Shown here: positions 59,980-64,000 of the stretch, piece by piece
Numbering within the stretch: position 1 is the first letter of the stretch
How the letters are laid out: every line of letters starts with the position of its first letter
Assembly: GCF_009914755.1 (NCBI RefSeq)
Contig: NC_060937.1
Strand: one strand, 5' to 3'
Source: the human T2T-CHM13v2.0 reference genome, Homo sapiens
Length of the DNA: 64,000 nucleotides
Made by a program: the position numbers and the translations under genes
The notes under the pieces: generated by a model
Databases searched by the model: none
What the model was told of the DNA's origin: nothing
Seen by the model: the letters and a program-made list of their open reading frames with translations, nothing else

Positions 59980-61692
59980 AAAAAACAGCGTGGTTAAATA
60001 CTATAGTTGAACTTAAAGGCAAGTCCTGTATAGAATATTGAACGTTTGCTCTCTCATGATTCCCAAGTCTGGAGCCCTTGTTGTGCATCATAGATAAGTA
60101 GAAGAGTGTTATTTCACTCACAAAATCCTAACAAACTGTTAATCTGAAAGTCTGATCATTTGGAGTCTAACTTTCTGGGACTCATTGACTCCCTTTTCCT
60201 GGTAATCTAGCATAAAGATGGTTTCTATTGCAATCATGCTCAGGTGGCTCAAAATAAATATAGAGGGATTTCATTTAAAAAAACTCAGGCATTTTGTGCT
60301 CCTTAGAAACAGCCATAAACTTGCCACCTGCTTTCCTGTATCAGTGATTGATTGGTCAAGATGAAAACTACAATGGTTTATTGTTCATATACAAGGTAGA
60401 TCTTTCCACATTGGTCATAAAAGAAGAAGCTTCAGTCTTCCTACATGTTGCATTTGTCCCCAAATGTATTTTCTGCAAAAGACTTAGTCAACTCACAAGG
60501 GGTCCTAGTTATATCATAGTAGAATACGGGCCTCTACAAAGTTGTTTTCATAACTTTTCTTCTATGCATTCCAATTTATGGGAAAAATAAATATAGGTGT
60601 TAGATAAGAATCAAATTCTGGTTCTGATAGTACATGTGGAGTAGAAAGCATACCTTAGATGGGTAGCTAAAATTGAGTTTTTAAGCATTCCCCTCATTTA
60701 CAGATTTTGGAATCCTTCTTTAGCAGTAATGGTGACTCAATCCATCCCACTGCAGGGGTAATTGCAGCAGCAAAACAAGAGATTTTCCTTTTTAACAACT
60801 TCTAGAAAAAATTATTAACTAACAATCAAAGGGAGAAGAAAGAAGTTCTAAAGCATGCATATGCATATTTTAATCTCCAATATCAGATAAAGGTAATAAC
60901 ATTAACAAATAAATGAAAATTTATAGTTGAAAATGGTTTATTTTATTACAGCATATCATATAGAATAATTTATAGTGAAAAAATGTTTTTAAAATGTTTT
61001 GTTTCTGAAAAAAACAAAATTTAAAGATAGGGCTACATAATTTGTTGGTGATGTTACTATGCCCTCAGAAAACCAAAGAAAAGCAAATGCAAAATACATG
61101 TATCTACCTTTTTAAAAAGCTATTTTGCAAGCTGATTATAAAAGTTAATGACATACCTATATACCAATTATTGTAGTTAAATCATATTTTCAATACCAAC
61201 AAAATACATATCAAGAGATATACCTATCAAATGGTTTCTAAGAGAAAGTTAGAAAAAAAGCAAATGGACAAAAATAAATAAATTTTAAAAACTATGTAAT
61301 TTACAGGCAGGAAATTTGAATTATGAAAAGCACTATGAAAAGTCAATAAATTGGATAACTCCATAATATCAATTATTTCTCAATTATTCCATGAATTAAA
61401 TATAATCCAAATCAAAACAGCATAAATCAGAGAGTGGCTGATGCTGATCAACTCTGCTTAGAGACAGCATTTTAAATTGCAGGTTTTCTGGAAATGTACA
61501 CAGGTGAAAATAACTAAGAAACTTCAAGAAACGAATAAAAGTAATGGGATCAAGTAGGAGGCAAGGAGGCAATAGCACTCAGGGGTTACCTCAAAACTTA
61601 AGTCATGTAAAGGGGGGTATCATATAATGATCCTGGTATCCAGGCATCTATGACATCATCCTCTATCTCTTATCACAAATGTGTTAGACTGG

Positions 61693-62451
61693 ATGGAGAA
61701 TGACTTTGACGAGCTGAGAGAAGAAGGCTTCAGACGATCAAACTACTCTGAGCTACAGGAGGAAATTCAAATCAATGGCAAAGAACTTAAAAACTTTGAA
61801 AAAAAATTAGATGAATGGATAACTAGAATAACCAACACAGAGAAGTCCTTAAAGGAGCTGATGGAGCTGAAAGCCAAGGCTCAAGAACTACATGAAGAAT
61901 GCAGAAGCCTCAGGAGCCAATGCGATCAACTGGAAGAAAGGGTATCAGTGATAGAAGACGAAATGAATGAAATGAAGCAAGAAGGGAAGTTTAGAGAAAA
62001 AAGAATAAAAAGAAACGAACAAAGCTTCCAAGAAATATGGGACTATGTGAAAAGACCAAATCTACGTCTGATTGGTGTACCTGAATGTCACAGGGAGAAT
62101 AGAACCAAGCTGGAAAACACTCTGCAGGATATTATCCAGGAGAACTTCCCCAATCTAGCAAGGCAGGCAAACATTCAGATTCAGGAAATACAGAGAACAC
62201 TACAAAGATACTCCCCGAAAAGAGCAACTCCAAGACATATCAAAATGACAGGACCAAATACACACATAACAATATTAACTTTAAATGTAAATGGGCTAAA
62301 TGCTCCAATTAAAAGACACAGACTGGCAAATTGGATAAAGAGTCAAGACCCATCAGTGTGCTGTATTCAGGAAACCCATCTCACGTGCAGAGACACATAT
62401 AGGCTCAAAATAAAGGGATGGAGGAAGATCTACCAAGCAAATGGAAAATAA
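61693..62451 (+). pseudogene. Chimeric L1 ORF1 (coiled coil plus part of RRM) fused in frame to the ORF2 EN N-terminus
   Basis: The translation ...QRYSPKRATPRHI-K-MTGPNTHITILTLNVNGLN...IYQANGK* joins ORF1p to ORF2p without a stop. Confidence 0.9.
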
Positions 62452-62538
62452 AAAAAGGCAGGGGTTGCAATCCTAGTCTCTGATAAAACAGACTTTAAAC
62501 CAACGAAGATCAAAAGAGACAAAGAAGGCCATTACATA

Positions 62539-64000
<1,462 letters not shown>

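Noticed and set aside
60000-61680. Possible exon or promoter in unique sequence upstream of the final L1
   Set aside because: There is no CpG island, recognisable protein similarity or convincing splice-site pair. It cannot be supported from sequence alone.

Overview
This is AT-rich, gene-poor primate (probably human or great-ape) genomic DNA. It is dominated by interspersed repeats: LINE-1 elements of many ages, 12 Alu elements or fragments, MaLR/ERVL/ERV1 LTRs, Tigger/MER DNA transposons and L2 relics. I found no host protein-coding exon, RNA gene, CpG island or CRISPR array. The long ORFs are all retroelement-derived: an uninterrupted 741-aa C-terminal ORF2 (RT plus CCHC) of a young L1PA2/3, a decayed L1PA3/4 at the right end, and Tigger1 transposase remnants. 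I do not see a new biological system. The notable items are structural: (1) an in-frame ORF1-ORF2 fusion L1 with junction microhomology; (2) a 78-nt poly(A)-tailed, TSD-flanked retroposed RNA of unknown origin inside a Tigger3; (3) two same-orientation young L1s whose sequences overlap 162/163 nt at the two window ends; (4) a ~110-bp tandem array in an old L1 5'UTR fused directly to distal ORF2; (5) three inverted (twin-priming-like) L1s; (6) four L1 junctions falling in one short ORF2 interval; and (7) several local duplications and palindromes. Subfamily names come from recalled consensus sequences, not a database search. Boundaries of old elements are approximate.
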